DNA of 63,157 nucleotides, filler included, from Octopus bimaculoides (Eukaryota), in NCBI RefSeq assembly GCF_001194135.2. It is 4 parts of 4 records of this genome, joined end to end, with 100 filler letters (N's around TTAATTAATTAA, not from the genome) between each part and the next. Parts side by side here need not be neighbours in the genome. Positions count along the whole stretch, not along the records: positions 19,878 to 48,322 come from NC_068998.1; positions 48,423 to 57,726 come from NC_068987.1; 2 more parts are not named here. One strand, 5' to 3'. A model generated the notes under the pieces. That model worked only from the letters and a program-made list of their open reading frames with translations, did not search any database and was not told where the DNA came from. The position numbers were made by a program, and so were the translations under genes. Positions 38,873 through 51,422 of this stretch are shown one piece after another (within the stretch, counting starts at the first letter, position 1; each line of letters begins with the position of its first letter).

Positions 38873-41029
38873 TATATATGTGAATCTATGTGCTGTGTTT
38901 TGTGTGTGTATGCATATGCTTTTTACTTTTTATGTTATAGATTCTTACTTTCGGTAACCTCATCTCTGAAATGCAAAATTGAAAAATACTGGAATTCTTC
39001 ATTTTTCTACTCTTTTAATTTATTTTCTTTCTTCTTCTTCTTTGTTTGTCTGCCACTATTCTCTCCATTTCTTTGTTTTATATCTTCCATAATTTTTTTC
39101 TTCTTCTATCAATGTCTTGGAGGATGTATTTTTCTCAGATTCTATCTTATCATTCTTGGTTTTGCAGATTTTTTACAAGAATTTCTTTCCTTTTTTATTT
39201 ATTTATTTTTATTTCTATTTTTTCCCCATTATTTTTATCATCCTCGAAGCATCGGTGCTTAATATATAAATTCTTTGTTTTCTTTACCTTTATAATTTAT
39301 TCTGGCAGTGTTATTGAAACAACAAAAAAGAAATAAAATTTATCTGTATATTTTCCACCTTGCAGAAAGAACAGGTAATATTTCTTCTTCTTCTTCTTCT
39401 TCTTCTTCTTCCAATCCTGGTAGATATTATTATTCATGGTTAACAAGGAAACTTCCAATTCCTCCCATTTCTTCAAATTTTGGAAGGTGAAACACACACA
39501 CACACACACAATAAATAAAAAAAAAGAGGAATTTCTGATGAAATTAATATTCACCTTCATTTTAATTTTATTATTTATTATTATTTATCTTTTATTAATT
39601 TTTTTTAAATATTTTTCTTCGTTTATTTATTTATTTAGTCGTACACATCCCTATACAAACACACACTTTTAGACAAAAATTAAAAAAAACACAAAGAAAA
39701 TGCAAAGAGAAATGAAATAACAATAATTTAANNNNNNNNNNNNNNNNNNNNNNNNNNNNNNNNNNNNNNNNNNNNNNNNNNNNNNNNNNNNNNNNNNNNN
39801 NNNNNNNNNNNNNNNNNNNNNNNNNNNNNNNNNNNNNNNNNNNNNNNNNNNNNNNNNNNNNNNNNNNNNNNNNNNNNNNNNNNNNNNNNNNNNNNNNNNN
39901 NNNNNNNNNNNNNNNNNNNNNNNNNNNNNNNNNNNNNNNNNNNNNNNNNNNNNNNNNNNNNNNNNNNNNNNNNNNNNNNNNNNNNNNNNNNNNNNNNNNN
40001 NNNNNNNNNNNNNNNNNNNNNNNNNNNNNNNNNNNNNNNNNNNNNNNNNNNNNNNNNNNNNNNNNNNNNNNNNNNNNNNNNNNNNNNNNNNNNNNNNNNN
40101 NNNNNNNNNNNNNNNNNNNNNNNNNNNNNNNNNNNNNNNNNNNNNNNNNNNNNNNNNNNNNNNNNNNNNNNNNNNNNNNNNNNNNNNNNNNNNNNNNNNN
40201 NNNNNNNNNNNNNNNNNNNNNNNNNNNNNNNNNNNNNNNNNNNNNNNNNNNNNNNNNNNNNNNNNNNNNNNNNNNNNNNNNNNNNNNNNNNNNNNNNNNN
40301 NNNNNNNNNNNNNNNNNNNNNNNNNNNNNNNNNNNNNNNNNNNNNNNNNNNNNNNNNNNNNNNAGAATATATATATATACACACACACACATATATATAT
40401 GTTTGCATATATATATACATATATATACATATGCATATATATATATACCAACCCCTAACTCTCTCGCATTATGTGTACATATATATATATACACGCACAT
40501 ATTTATATATACACATACATACACACATATATATACATATGCACACATGCATATATATATATATAAGCATATATAAACATAGCACAAATTCAAATACACA
40601 CATATGTATACATGTATGTATGTCATTTATCTTTTACTTGTTTCAGTCATTAGACTGCAGTCATGCTGGGGCACCACCTTCAAGAATTTTAAGCTGAATG
40701 AATTGACCCTGATACACATGTTTTTACTTCAAGCCTGATATTTATTTTATTGGTCTCTTTAGCTGAACTGCTAAGTTATAGGGACATAAACACACCAGCA
40801 CCAGTTGTCAAGCTTGTGACAGGCTTCTTTCAGTTTCCATCTACCAAATCCACTCACAAGGCTTTGGTCAGCCTGAGGCGACATTGGTAACAATCACGCT
40901 CAAATGGTGCTATTTACGGGCCACTAGCACAGAAGCCAGACAGCTACTCTGGCAATGATCATGCTCGGACAGTGCTGTTGAGGCTGTAGTAAATATTTCT
41001 AACAATAGGGTAAGTCATCAGAGTTTAAG

Positions 41030-41915
41030 GTACAGAATTACCATCAGCAGTAATGATGAAAAGTATTGATGATACTGGGTGTAAACACCTGGACATATTG
41101 GAAGTGAATGAAGTGATCGAAGAAGAAATGAAGAAAAGTGTCATGCAAGAATATCTCCAAAGACTTAGACTTGTGCAGCAGCTAAAACTGAATGGAAGAA
41201 ATAGGTTTCAATCAATTAATACATGGGCAGTTGCATTATTGTGGGACAGTGCAGGTATTATCAGTTGGAGAAAAGAAGAGTTACAGAGGTTGGACCAAAA
41301 AACTGAAGAAACTACTCACAATACATAGAGCATTCCACCACAAGAGCAATGTCAACAAGTTGTGTCTAACCAGGCACAAAGGTAGAGGCAGAGTTACCTT
41401 CTCAAATCATACCAGCTCATAAGGGCCAGTCTTCCAGTTTCTATGGCGTATATATTCCTCACCTGCACGAGACACCAGTCCATCACAGGATTACTCATTT
41501 TTGCTAGCTGAGTGGACTGGAGCAATGTGAAATGAAGTGTTTTGCTGAAGAACACAATGCATTGCCCAATACAGGAATCAAAGCCACAATCTTACAATCG
41601 TAAGTCCAACAACCTAACCATAAGTCACATACCTCAACCAGGTACAAAGGTGGGTGAGGGCTAATCAGCTGTCAAAGTTGTGTATGCTCAGAAAAAAATA
41701 GCTTGGGGTGGTATATCAGGAGAGCCTCTGCTCGTTCAGGTGAGAATATCAGATAGTGTCAGAGTAGAGACTAGCACAAAGACAGAAGAGAACAAGGCAA
41801 AAAGAATAGTAAGGAAGGAAAATGGAAATGGAATGGTAAAAAGGATTCACAGATAGTTTATGTCAGAGATGAGCAGGAATGCAAACACCAATGGAAGGTG
41901 GCACTGGCTAAGGAA
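41030..41915 (+). mobile_element. R4/Dong non-LTR retrotransposon internal fragment, split by a family C SINE (41410-41640)
   Basis: MKSIDDTGCKHLDILE...LKLNGRNRFQSINTWAVALL..SAGIISWRKEELQRLDQK matches the post-RT region of R4/Dong; similarity resumes after 41650. Confidence 0.75.
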
Positions 41916-42453
41916 GAGTAACTTGAAATGTATAAAAGAATAAGCTGGTTCCCATGCATTTCCTTGAAGAGAAGATTACATTCTTATCAACATCACCTAT
42001 TCCTATGGAAGGTATAATTTGTAATCTTCGAAACATATGTTGGAAATAAAAGTATTCAGTTAAAATATGCGTTTTACTCCATTTACTAAATTTATATATA
42101 CTCAAGTACCCAAAATAATAAGGAGTTTCTACCTCATAAACAGGAGTTACACCACAGTCATTTTGTGATCTTTGCTACCCTGGTATCTATTAACCAATTT
42201 ATTTTGTCCGAGTTAATTATTAACTAGGAGAAAATAAATACATATAATATATNNNNNNNNNNNNNNNNNNNNNNNNNNNNNNNNNNNNNNNNNNNNNNNN
42301 NNNNNNNNNNNNNNNNNNNNNNNNNNNNNNNNNNNNNNNNNNNNNNNNNNNNNNNNNNNNNNNNNNNNNNNNNNNNNNNNNNNNNTATATATATAAACGA
42401 ACTTTAAAAGTGTGAAACGTGTTGGTATTTTACAAACGAAAATGTAAATTTCA

Positions 42454-42758
42454 AATGCAGCATACCTGTGAAAACAGATTGAAAAGATTGGATATTTATT
42501 CTTAGAAGATGTAAAAATGGGGTTACCAGCAGGTGGTTATGGAGAGTTAAACCCTGTACATTTCAGGTACTGGCTGAGTGCTCTGTACCATTAAGTTAAA
42601 TGGTCACTGTCAATTTTAGCTTAATGGTATGGAACACCCAGCAGATATCTGAGAAGTACGGGGGTCTGATTCTCCATAGCCACCTGCTGGTAACATTTTC
42701 TGTTTTCTAAGGGTAAATACCCAATTTTTCTTGGCTGTTTTCACAACTATACTGCATT
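42454..42758. repeat. ~305-bp imperfect palindrome (MITE or fold-back)
   Basis: GTTACCAGCAGGTGGTTATGGAGA pairs with TCTCCATAGCCACCTGCTGGTAAC; TACCATTAAGTTAAA pairs with TTTAGCTTAATGGTA; ~14-nt loop. Confidence 0.85.
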
Positions 42759-42804
42759 GAAAACTTACTTCATTGTTTGTAGTATATATATGTCATATAT
42801 ATAT

Positions 42805-43122
42805 TCTTTTACTTGTTTCAGTCATTTAACAGCAGCCATGCTGGAGCACCACCTTAAATGTTTTTTAGTTGAAGAAATCAACCCCAGGACTTATTTTTGT
42901 AAGCCTAGCACATATTCTATCTGTCTCTTTTGTCAAACTACTAAGTTATGGAGACGTAAACACACGAACATCAGTTTCAGTTTCCATCTACTAAATCCAC
43001 TCACAAGGCTGCGGTCAGCTTGATGCTATAGTAGAGTACACTTACCCAAGGTGCCATGCAGTGGGACTAAACCCGGAACCATGAGGTTGGGAAGCAAGCT
43101 TCTCACCATACAGCCATACCTG
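42805..43122 (-). mobile_element. SINE family D
   Basis: Family D tail, body and head. Confidence 0.8.
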
Positions 43123-43295
43123 TGTATGTATATATACTGTGTGTATGTATATATACTGTGTGTATGTATATATACTGTGTGTATGTATATATACTGTGTG
43201 TATATATATATATGTGTGTGGGTGTGTGTGAGTGTAAAATATATATATTATATATATATGTGTGTGTGTGTGTGTTTATATATGTATTGATATAT

Positions 43296-43333
<38 letters not shown>

Positions 43334-43936
43334 TTCACATAAAATTGATACAAATTAATGGAGTTCTCTCATAGACTGATACAGGAGAATAAATCACTTT
43401 ATGTATGTATACAGGCATGTGATATGTGTGTGTATATATATAACAAAAAAAAAAACGACAATTATATCCAAATACCAAGGAAAAAATCCTTACCCCATCA
43501 TTCTAAGAAAATATTTAAAACTAAGTAAAATAAAAATTCCTATTAACAATCTTTTATATTGTGAAATGAAACCAAAATCAATATCATTATTGAAAAATAC
43601 ACAAATTACATAAATGTTATGAACATCTTTCAATGTGTGGTTCATCTTTAACAGAAAAAATAAGTTTTGTTTTTTGATGTATGTAATGTGTTTTTTTATT
43701 ATTCTCTCTTTCTTCACGTTTTCTCCTTTTCCATCTCTGAGCTGAGCTGGAAGAATTATTAGCACATTGGGAAAAATGTTTAGCAGCATTTCATCCATCT
43801 TTACATTCTGTGTTCAAATTCTGCTGAGATCAGCTTTGCTGTTCATCCCCTCAGGGTCAAAAAAAGAAGTCCCAATTGACTACTGAGGTTGATGCAATCA
43901 ATTTACTAGCACCCTCACACAAAATTTCAGACCTTA

Positions 43937-44142
43937 CTCTTTTACTTGTTTCAGTCATTTGACTGTGGCCATGCTGGAGCACTGCCTTTAGTCAAGCAAA
44001 TCGACCCCGGGACTTATTCTTTGTAAGCTTAGTACTTATTCTATTGGTCTCTTTTTGCCGAACCATTAAGTGACAGGGACATAAACACACCAGCATCGGT
44101 TGTCAAGCAATGCTAGGGGGACAAACACAAACACACAAACAT

Positions 44143-44180
<38 letters not shown>

Positions 44181-44350
44181 ATATATACAATGGGCTTCTT
44201 TCAGTTTCCATCTACCAAATCCACTCACAAGGCTTTGGTCGGCCCAAGGCTATAGTAGAAGACACTTGCCGAAGGTGCTACGCAGTGGGACTGAACTCAG
44301 AACCATGTGGTTGGTAAGCAAGATACTTACCATACAGCCACTCCTGCGCC
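43937..44350 (-). mobile_element. SINE family D, flanked by family B copies (~43738-43935 and ~44419-44622, + strand)
   Basis: Family D and B diagnostic motifs. Confidence 0.85.
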
Positions 44351-44363
44351 AATAGTAAAAAGA

Positions 44364-44419
<56 letters not shown>

Positions 44420-44782
44420 GGTGGTGACCTGGCAGAAATGTTAGCATGTCAGGCAAAATGCCTATCAGCATTTCGTTTGTCTTTGGCAAATTCTGCCAAA
44501 GTCGACTTTGCTTTTCATCCTTTCAAGGTGGATAAATTAAGTACCAGTTGCGTACTGGGGTTGATCTAATCAACTGGGCCCATTCCCCCAAAATTTTGGG
44601 CCTTGTGCCTAGAGTAGGAAAGATTATTATTATTATTATTATTATTTGGGGAATTATTCTTTGTTAAAATGTATATTTTTGTAATTTTTTACTTTTTACC
44701 TGCTTTTTATGTAACCTCACATTGTATTGTCCTGTACCACACCCAATGTTTTTTGTGAACCCTCAGTGGTTAATAAAGAAAA

Positions 44783-44819
<37 letters not shown>

Positions 44820-45480
44820 GCTATTATTATAGCTCTGATAGCATGAAGACATGTTTTTGAATCTCTCTGAAGTATGATGCACTCAAGTATCACCAAACGA
44901 AATTTTCAGTGGAGTACTTATATACATATAACTGTAATTGTCTAGGAAAAGCCTGCTCACAATAAATACCTGAGGGTAAACATCATAAGAAAAGAAAAAA
45001 GAATTTTGTTTTGCAAAATTAAAAAATTTTGTTTACACATAATGTTTTTTGCATCTAAAATGGCCACTACACATGATTATGCTACAAAACTAAACACTAC
45101 ATTGGCAAAAAAAAAAATCCGAAAAAACAAAACAAAACAAAACCCACAAAACAATCGATATAAACTCAAAATATGCAACTGAGTGTACAAGAAAATGAAC
45201 AGTTTAGTGAATTATTAATAGAAGAAAATGACCAAATATTCAAATAAGAAATCTTGAAGGCAGCAGCAGTAATAACAGTAATGATAGCGTTTGTGACTTT
45301 TACATAATTTCAAATCCTGTGGTCTGTTTGTATAACAATCATGCAAAACAAATCTGTGAGTTAACTTGGGAATTCTTGATGAAAATGTAACTTTCATTTA
45401 ACGAAGGTATTTTCAGCCTGATGAATAGCTAGTGGAGTACCCCTTGTTGAGTAATTATTACTTCTGAGGTTCTGCTAGCT

Positions 45481-45865
45481 TTGTTGTTGTTGGCACTCCG
45501 TCTCTTACGACGTCGAGGGTTCCAATTGATCCAATCAACAGAACAGCCTGCTCGTGAAATTAACGTGCAAGTGGCTGAGCACTCCACAGACACGTCTACC
45601 CTTAACGTAGTTCTCGGGGATATTAAGTGTGACACAGTGTGACAAGGCTGACCCTTTGAATTACAGGCACAACAGAAACAGGAAGAGTGAGAGAAAGTTG
45701 TGGTGGAAGAGTACAGCAGGGTCGCCACCATCCCTTGCCTGAGCCTCGTGGAACTTTTAGGTATTTTCGCTCAATAAACACTCACAACGCCCGGCCTGGG
45801 AATCGAAACCACGATCCTATGACTGCGAGTCCGCTGCCCTAGCCACTGGGCCATTGCGCCTCCAC
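45481..45865 (-). mobile_element. SINE family A, full length
   Basis: Perfect 11-bp TSD TTCTGCTAGCT (45470-45480, 45866-45876). Confidence 0.92.
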
Positions 45866-46157
45866 TTCTGCTAGCTAGGAAACATATATAGCTTGGATTT
45901 TACTTGTTCCATTCCCTAAATTTGGATTTTTATTTACATACATAGCAACCCCAGTTGCTACCCATGAACTATAAAATAATCTTTTTCATCTTATCAAACT
46001 TCAATATGGGATCAATTTACAACCTTCTATGCCAATAAACCCCTATTGTTCCTGACAGTTATTTTTTATACTTTCTACCTTCCGCTTGGAGCTCACTAAC
46101 TTCCTCCACCTGGATCTTTGGCTCTTTCCTTTAATTATCATTATATATACTCTTTTC

Positions 46158-46539
46158 TCTTTTACTTGTTTCAGTCATTTGACTGTGGCCATGCTGGAGC
46201 ACTGCCTTTAGTCGAGCAAATCGACCCTGGGACTTATTCCTTGTAAGCCTAGTACTTATTCTATCAGTCGCTTTTGCCGAACCGCTAGGCTATGGGGACG
46301 TAAACACACCAGCTTCGGTTGTCAGATGATGCTGGGGAGACAAGCACAGACACAGACACACAAACATATACACATACATATGTATATATATACATATATA
46401 CGACGGGCTTCTTTCAGTTTCTGTCTACCAAATCCACTCACAAGATGTTGGTCAGCCCGAGGCTATAGTAAAAGACATTTGCCCAAGATGCCATGTGGTT
46501 GGTAAGCAAGCTACTTACCACACAGCCACTCCTGCACCT
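46158..46539 (-). mobile_element. SINE family D
   Basis: Family D motifs. Confidence 0.85.
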
Positions 46540-46602
46540 ATATATAAACGAATTGTGAGAATGAGTGACCAACATCACATTTGGTGGATAAATATTCTTC
46601 AT

Positions 46603-46883
46603 GGATTAACAGTGCTATCAATGACTTCATGTTAAAACAATTTCCACAATTTTTCAACCAATCTACTTTAAAATATTGGCACCTGCCTCCGTTTTGGATG
46701 AGAATTCATGAGGTTACATGAAATTATATGGGACTTCTGTGTATCTATCAATTTTGAAGTCCCACATAACCTTGTGTAATCTCATGTAGTCCCTTCCATA
46801 ATAGAGGCAATTATCAACATTTTAAAGTGGATTGTTTGAAAAATTGTGAAAATTTTGTTCCACATGAAACCATTGGTTAATCC
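46603..46883. repeat. ~280-bp imperfect palindrome (MITE or fold-back)
   Basis: GGATTAAC...CACAATTTTTCAACCAATCTACTTTAAAAT pairs with ATTTTAAAGTGGATTGTTTGAAAAATTGTG...GTTAATCC; inner GGGACTTC/GAAGTCCC with an 18-nt loop. Confidence 0.82.
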
Positions 46884-46894
46884 AAAAATAAAGT

Positions 46895-46928
<34 letters not shown>

Positions 46929-47256
46929 ATACATATATGTTTAAGCATATATCTTCCAGTCATGACCATCTCATCTTTTATTCAAAGATAGAACTTTATT
47001 CTTTCCTGTTTTTTACCTTTTAGAACACATGTTTCAACATTTCCTATCTTTATTAAAATGTTTAAATGTGATTTGAAGGAGATTTGACCATTATTTCTGT
47101 CCAGTTGAAGAATTATATAAAGGAACTTCTACTCAGTCACAACTCAGAAAACTTTCTGCCACAGCTTGCCAAAGTCTGATATGCTCAATGTAACTTGAAC
47201 AAATTCCCAAGATATAAAGAAAAGCAGTACAATATTTAATGTCTTTCTTTTTATTT

Positions 47257-47440
47257 CTTACTTGTTTCAGTCATTCGACTGCGGCCAAGCTGGAGCACTG
47301 CCTTGGAGAATTTTTTTTGTTGGACAAATCAACCTTTGTACTAATTTTTTTAAAGCCTGGTACTTATTCCACAGCCTCTTTTGCTGAACACTCCAGCATT
47401 GGTTGTCAAGTGGTGGCGTGGAGACAAACACAGATACAAA

Positions 47441-47477
<37 letters not shown>

Positions 47478-47666
47478 ACACATGTACATATATATATATA
47501 TATGACATGCTTCTTTCAGCTTCCATCTACCAAATCCACTCACAAGGCTTCGGTCGGCCAGAGGCTATAGCGGAAGATACTTTCCCAGGGTGTCACACAG
47601 TAGGACTGAACCTGGAGCCATGTGGTCGGGAAGCAAGCTTCTTACCACACATCCATGCCTGCACCT
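47257..47666 (-). mobile_element. SINE family D
   Basis: Family D motifs with internal (CA)n(TA)n. Confidence 0.8.
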
Positions 47667-48322
47667 ATATGTATCTATTAATTCTTGATATGTTCTGTCA
47701 GGTGCAAACTTGAATGTCCGATTGCTGTTGTTTTTCTGTCATTGGAAAAAAACTTCCTTCATTTAGAGTGAAAATCAAATAGCAATCAGATATTCACATT
47801 TGAATCTGCTAGAATATATTGTGAATGAATAAAAACATTACTGTTCAGATTCTGGCTGTCCTACTGGAACCAATGCAGAATTATTACAATGTTTTCTCTA
47901 AAGGACACTGCTAAATTCCCCTGTTGAAATCCTTCCCATGCTCAACAGAATATCAACCAAATAGCAACTAAAACCACTTAATTGAAAATTCCAGGACTGA
48001 ACGATATCAAATAAAACCTTTAAATTGCTATTTCAAGACAGAACAATATTTGCTGAAACCTTTTAATTGCTTTTGTAAGATTTAATCAATCACAGTTCTC
48101 ATTATAAAACAAAATTAAAAATTTACTGCTTCAACACAAACTTTCCACTCATTATTTTTCTAATACAATAATTTATCCTGTCATCTCAAATTCTGTGGTT
48201 TATTAGTCAAACATACATTAGCCCTGTCGCAGAATTCCATTTCTCAACAATTCTGTCACTTTTAGTTTTTTTTTTCTTATTTATTTCTGCATTTTTCGTT
48301 TTCTTTTTTTTTTTTTTTTTTT

Positions 48323-48422
48323 NNNNNNNNNNNNNNNNNNNNNNNNNNNNNNNNNNNNNNNNNNNNTTAATTAATTAANNNNNNNNNNNNNNNNNNNNNN
48401 NNNNNNNNNNNNNNNNNNNNNN
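48323..48422. other. Synthetic scaffold spacer 44N-TTAATTAATTAA-44N
   Basis: Same 100-bp construct. Confidence 0.9.
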
Positions 48423-49399
48423 TTCACAGGAAGGAAGAAAGCTGATAATGAGGCAGGACAAAATCAAGCTTAGACCTGTTTCTTCAAATGAGAATAGGTG
48501 GAATTATGAAGGAAGGAAGAAAGAAAAAGAGAGTAAATAATGAGAAAATTTCTTAACAAGAATGCCTGGTACCTGGGTACGAATTTATGACTAGAATGAT
48601 GATAGTTATCAGGTGGGGGGGGGGGGGAGAAACTTTGGGTTTGCAAATCAATACCTTAAATCATTATACTGAAGGATATTGGATGCCTACCAAGTCATAA
48701 CTTGACATTTTGTGATATTGGATGCATGTCAAGTTATTACTTGACATTTTGGGAAAAAGCCTTGCTTCAGCTAGAGCCTTATGAAGACAGCTGAGCTAGC
48801 AGAAACTGTGGATGCCCAACAGATGGACTGTGTTTTATGATATAAAGTTCTGGTCTTCATATGCAGCATCAGGTTAATTTTGCCTGAAGATTAGGTTAAG
48901 GTTACAAATGTCTGTGGATTATTCAGCCACTTATAATTCAGCTCCACAAACTGAACATCTGGAACATATCATCATTATCACCATTTTAATATACACTTTT
49001 CCATGCTTGCATGAGCTGGATGGAATTTACTGAAGTAAATTTTTTAAGACTGGATGTCTTATTTTCCCAAGGAGAGACAAGTTCTTGCAGGCTGTTGTAT
49101 GGCAGTGACACACATTTACAATCATCACACAATGTCAAAACAAGGTGACACAAACGTACACACACATATGTACAATTATCCAGTACTCAAACTGGAACAC
49201 TTAAGCAACCAGCACTCAGGAAAAAATTAAAGAAAATGTGTTCTTAATTAGAGTCAAGAGAATTTGTATAAATTTTAATAATCATTAAAAAAAGGGAAGT
49301 TTTTGCTTTATCTAAAATGCATTGTTGCTTCACAAAGTAGAGTACAGCATTTTATTTAGCTGCATTTACAGTTACCTGTCACAGTATGCAGTAGACAGG

Positions 49400-51345
49400 C
49401 ATGGAGAAGTGTTAGGGATTGGTGATTTGCAGTGCTGTTCATGGGGGTTAATTTGTAATGGTGAACTTGGTGCAGGCAGTGCTAGGTGTGGCTGGTACTA
49501 AGGAGGTATATCCAGGTTGTTGGCGACTAGTAGCTTGAAATTTACCAGAAGAGTGTACCTCTGGTAACAGCTATATGATACCTCATATTTCTTGTTGATG
49601 GATACTGTGAGTTGGTAGATGATATGCATGTTTCCATGGAGGCACAGCTGACAATTTGGCGAATATGGTGGTGCCCTGTTGATAACAGTCTACTTGATGT
49701 TGGGTGTTTTGTCTTGGAGGTCACAAAGTCTCCAGAGAAGTGGAGCTCTCTGTTTCTGGATCTAAATGAATGCAAGTGCTGGGAATATCTTCCCTTGAAG
49801 TCATTGGCTGCCATGCCTGTGCAGTGCCTAGTAATGCCATTGGATGGAGTAAGTGTGGCTCTGTATACTAAAGCCCTTGAGAAGCAGGATCCTCTTAGAG
49901 TGCAGGTGGTAGGATTTCGGAAGTTGCAGGTTGGGGTTGGGGGTTGTGTGAGTGCATTTTTACATCTGTTGATGAGTGTGATGTTAGATGCAATGTTGTC
50001 AAAGCAAAAGTAGCTTAACTTGACATTATGAGGGTTGAAGAGTTTGTAATATTTATGGCTTCTGAAGAAATATTTCTTTATTAATGACAGGAAGCCCCTG
50101 GCTACATTGGTTGAAACTTCGAGGTTAAATGGGAAGTTATACCAGATTATTTTTGTTTTCCTAATTCTCCTGGGGTAAGGAGAGAGGGTTTGAGGTTCAT
50201 CCACATACATAGCTTCTCAGAAAATCTGCTCCTAGTCAAAGCATCATTGTAGTGGGAGGCAACCCTATTAAAGATCTCCCATTTGCTAATGCCTGAAACC
50301 AGGTTTCTAATTACAGTAAGGTGGGAGTGGGGGGGGGGTGAGCTCTTGTGGACATATACCGTTTCTTCATTAGGGTAGTAGGGTAGTATTTGCCTGTGTT
50401 CAAGTCTAAGGTTACGTCCAGGAAATCGACTGTAGTCAGGCTGGTAATAACTGTTATGGAGAGGCTGAACTCGTTGAATATTTTTATCAAGTCCTTCCTG
50501 AACCTGTCTATGGTGTGGCCATTCATATAGCTTGAGATAGCCAGGTCATGGTCCCAATTGAAGGCTAACCTATGTGGATAGTTATGTCTTTTAAGGGTAT
50601 CCAACATGTATAACTTGACAAGGTTGGCGATTTCAGCTCTGTTAAAGTTCCCCAAAGAGATATCAAACAATGGATCGCCTTCTTTCACTCAGAAGGAATC
50701 AACGTGCTCCAAAATTGACTTTCTGACATTCATAATGATTCTGATATCAAGATTACTAATGCTGGTAAATTGTTGAGCAAAAGCTTGGGCCTTCAGGAGG
50801 AGGGGCTTAGATATGGAAGGATAGAAGTCAACAATATCACACTAGGTGAATTTGCAGGCTGATTTATTCTCAGTGCTGTGGAACCAGTCTATTAAAGTTG
50901 CACTGGAGTTCCATTGAGTCAACTCTGTAGCCCTTCTGATGTCAGAGTTGATAGTATTGAGAATACACTTGCTAACGATACCTATCTTGCTTTGAGAGGG
51001 GTTGATCAGCCTGTATTTGGGGTGCAATGGAAATTAAGGCTATTGGTCCTTAAGCGTAATATGTGGGTAGGTGCGTAGTGAGGAAGTCCATGTGATCCTC
51101 TATCTTAAGGCAGGTAGCTAGCTCCTTTACGTCTGTGTTTATGTTATTGTATGTGAAATTACAAGTTTTTTTTTTGTAGGTTTTGGTGACAGTATTTGTG
51201 AGGAGTCTTGAATGTGTGGAAATGTTTGTTTCATAAATACTTATTGTTTTGTCTGCGAGGATGTATAGATTGGGAGATTGTTTAATACTGGTCATGTGGT
51301 CGCTTCAATCGACTAGCCATCCACTTGAAACTCAGAGTACCAAGG
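49400..51345 (-). mobile_element. Decayed Penelope-like element (RT + GIY-YIG), Neptune-like
   Basis: Frameshifted ORFs in the correct order: ADKT..Y, PKYRLINPSQSKIG, FDISLGNFNRAEIANLV, VDFLDVTLDLNTGKYYP, KIIWYNFPFN, CNFRNPTTCTLRGSC, LVYRAT..HCTGMA..FKGRYSQHLHSF. Confidence 0.88.
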
Positions 51346-51385
51346 ATTCTGAATCAAACTGTTTTGATTTATATCTATTTATTTA

Positions 51386-51422
<37 letters not shown>

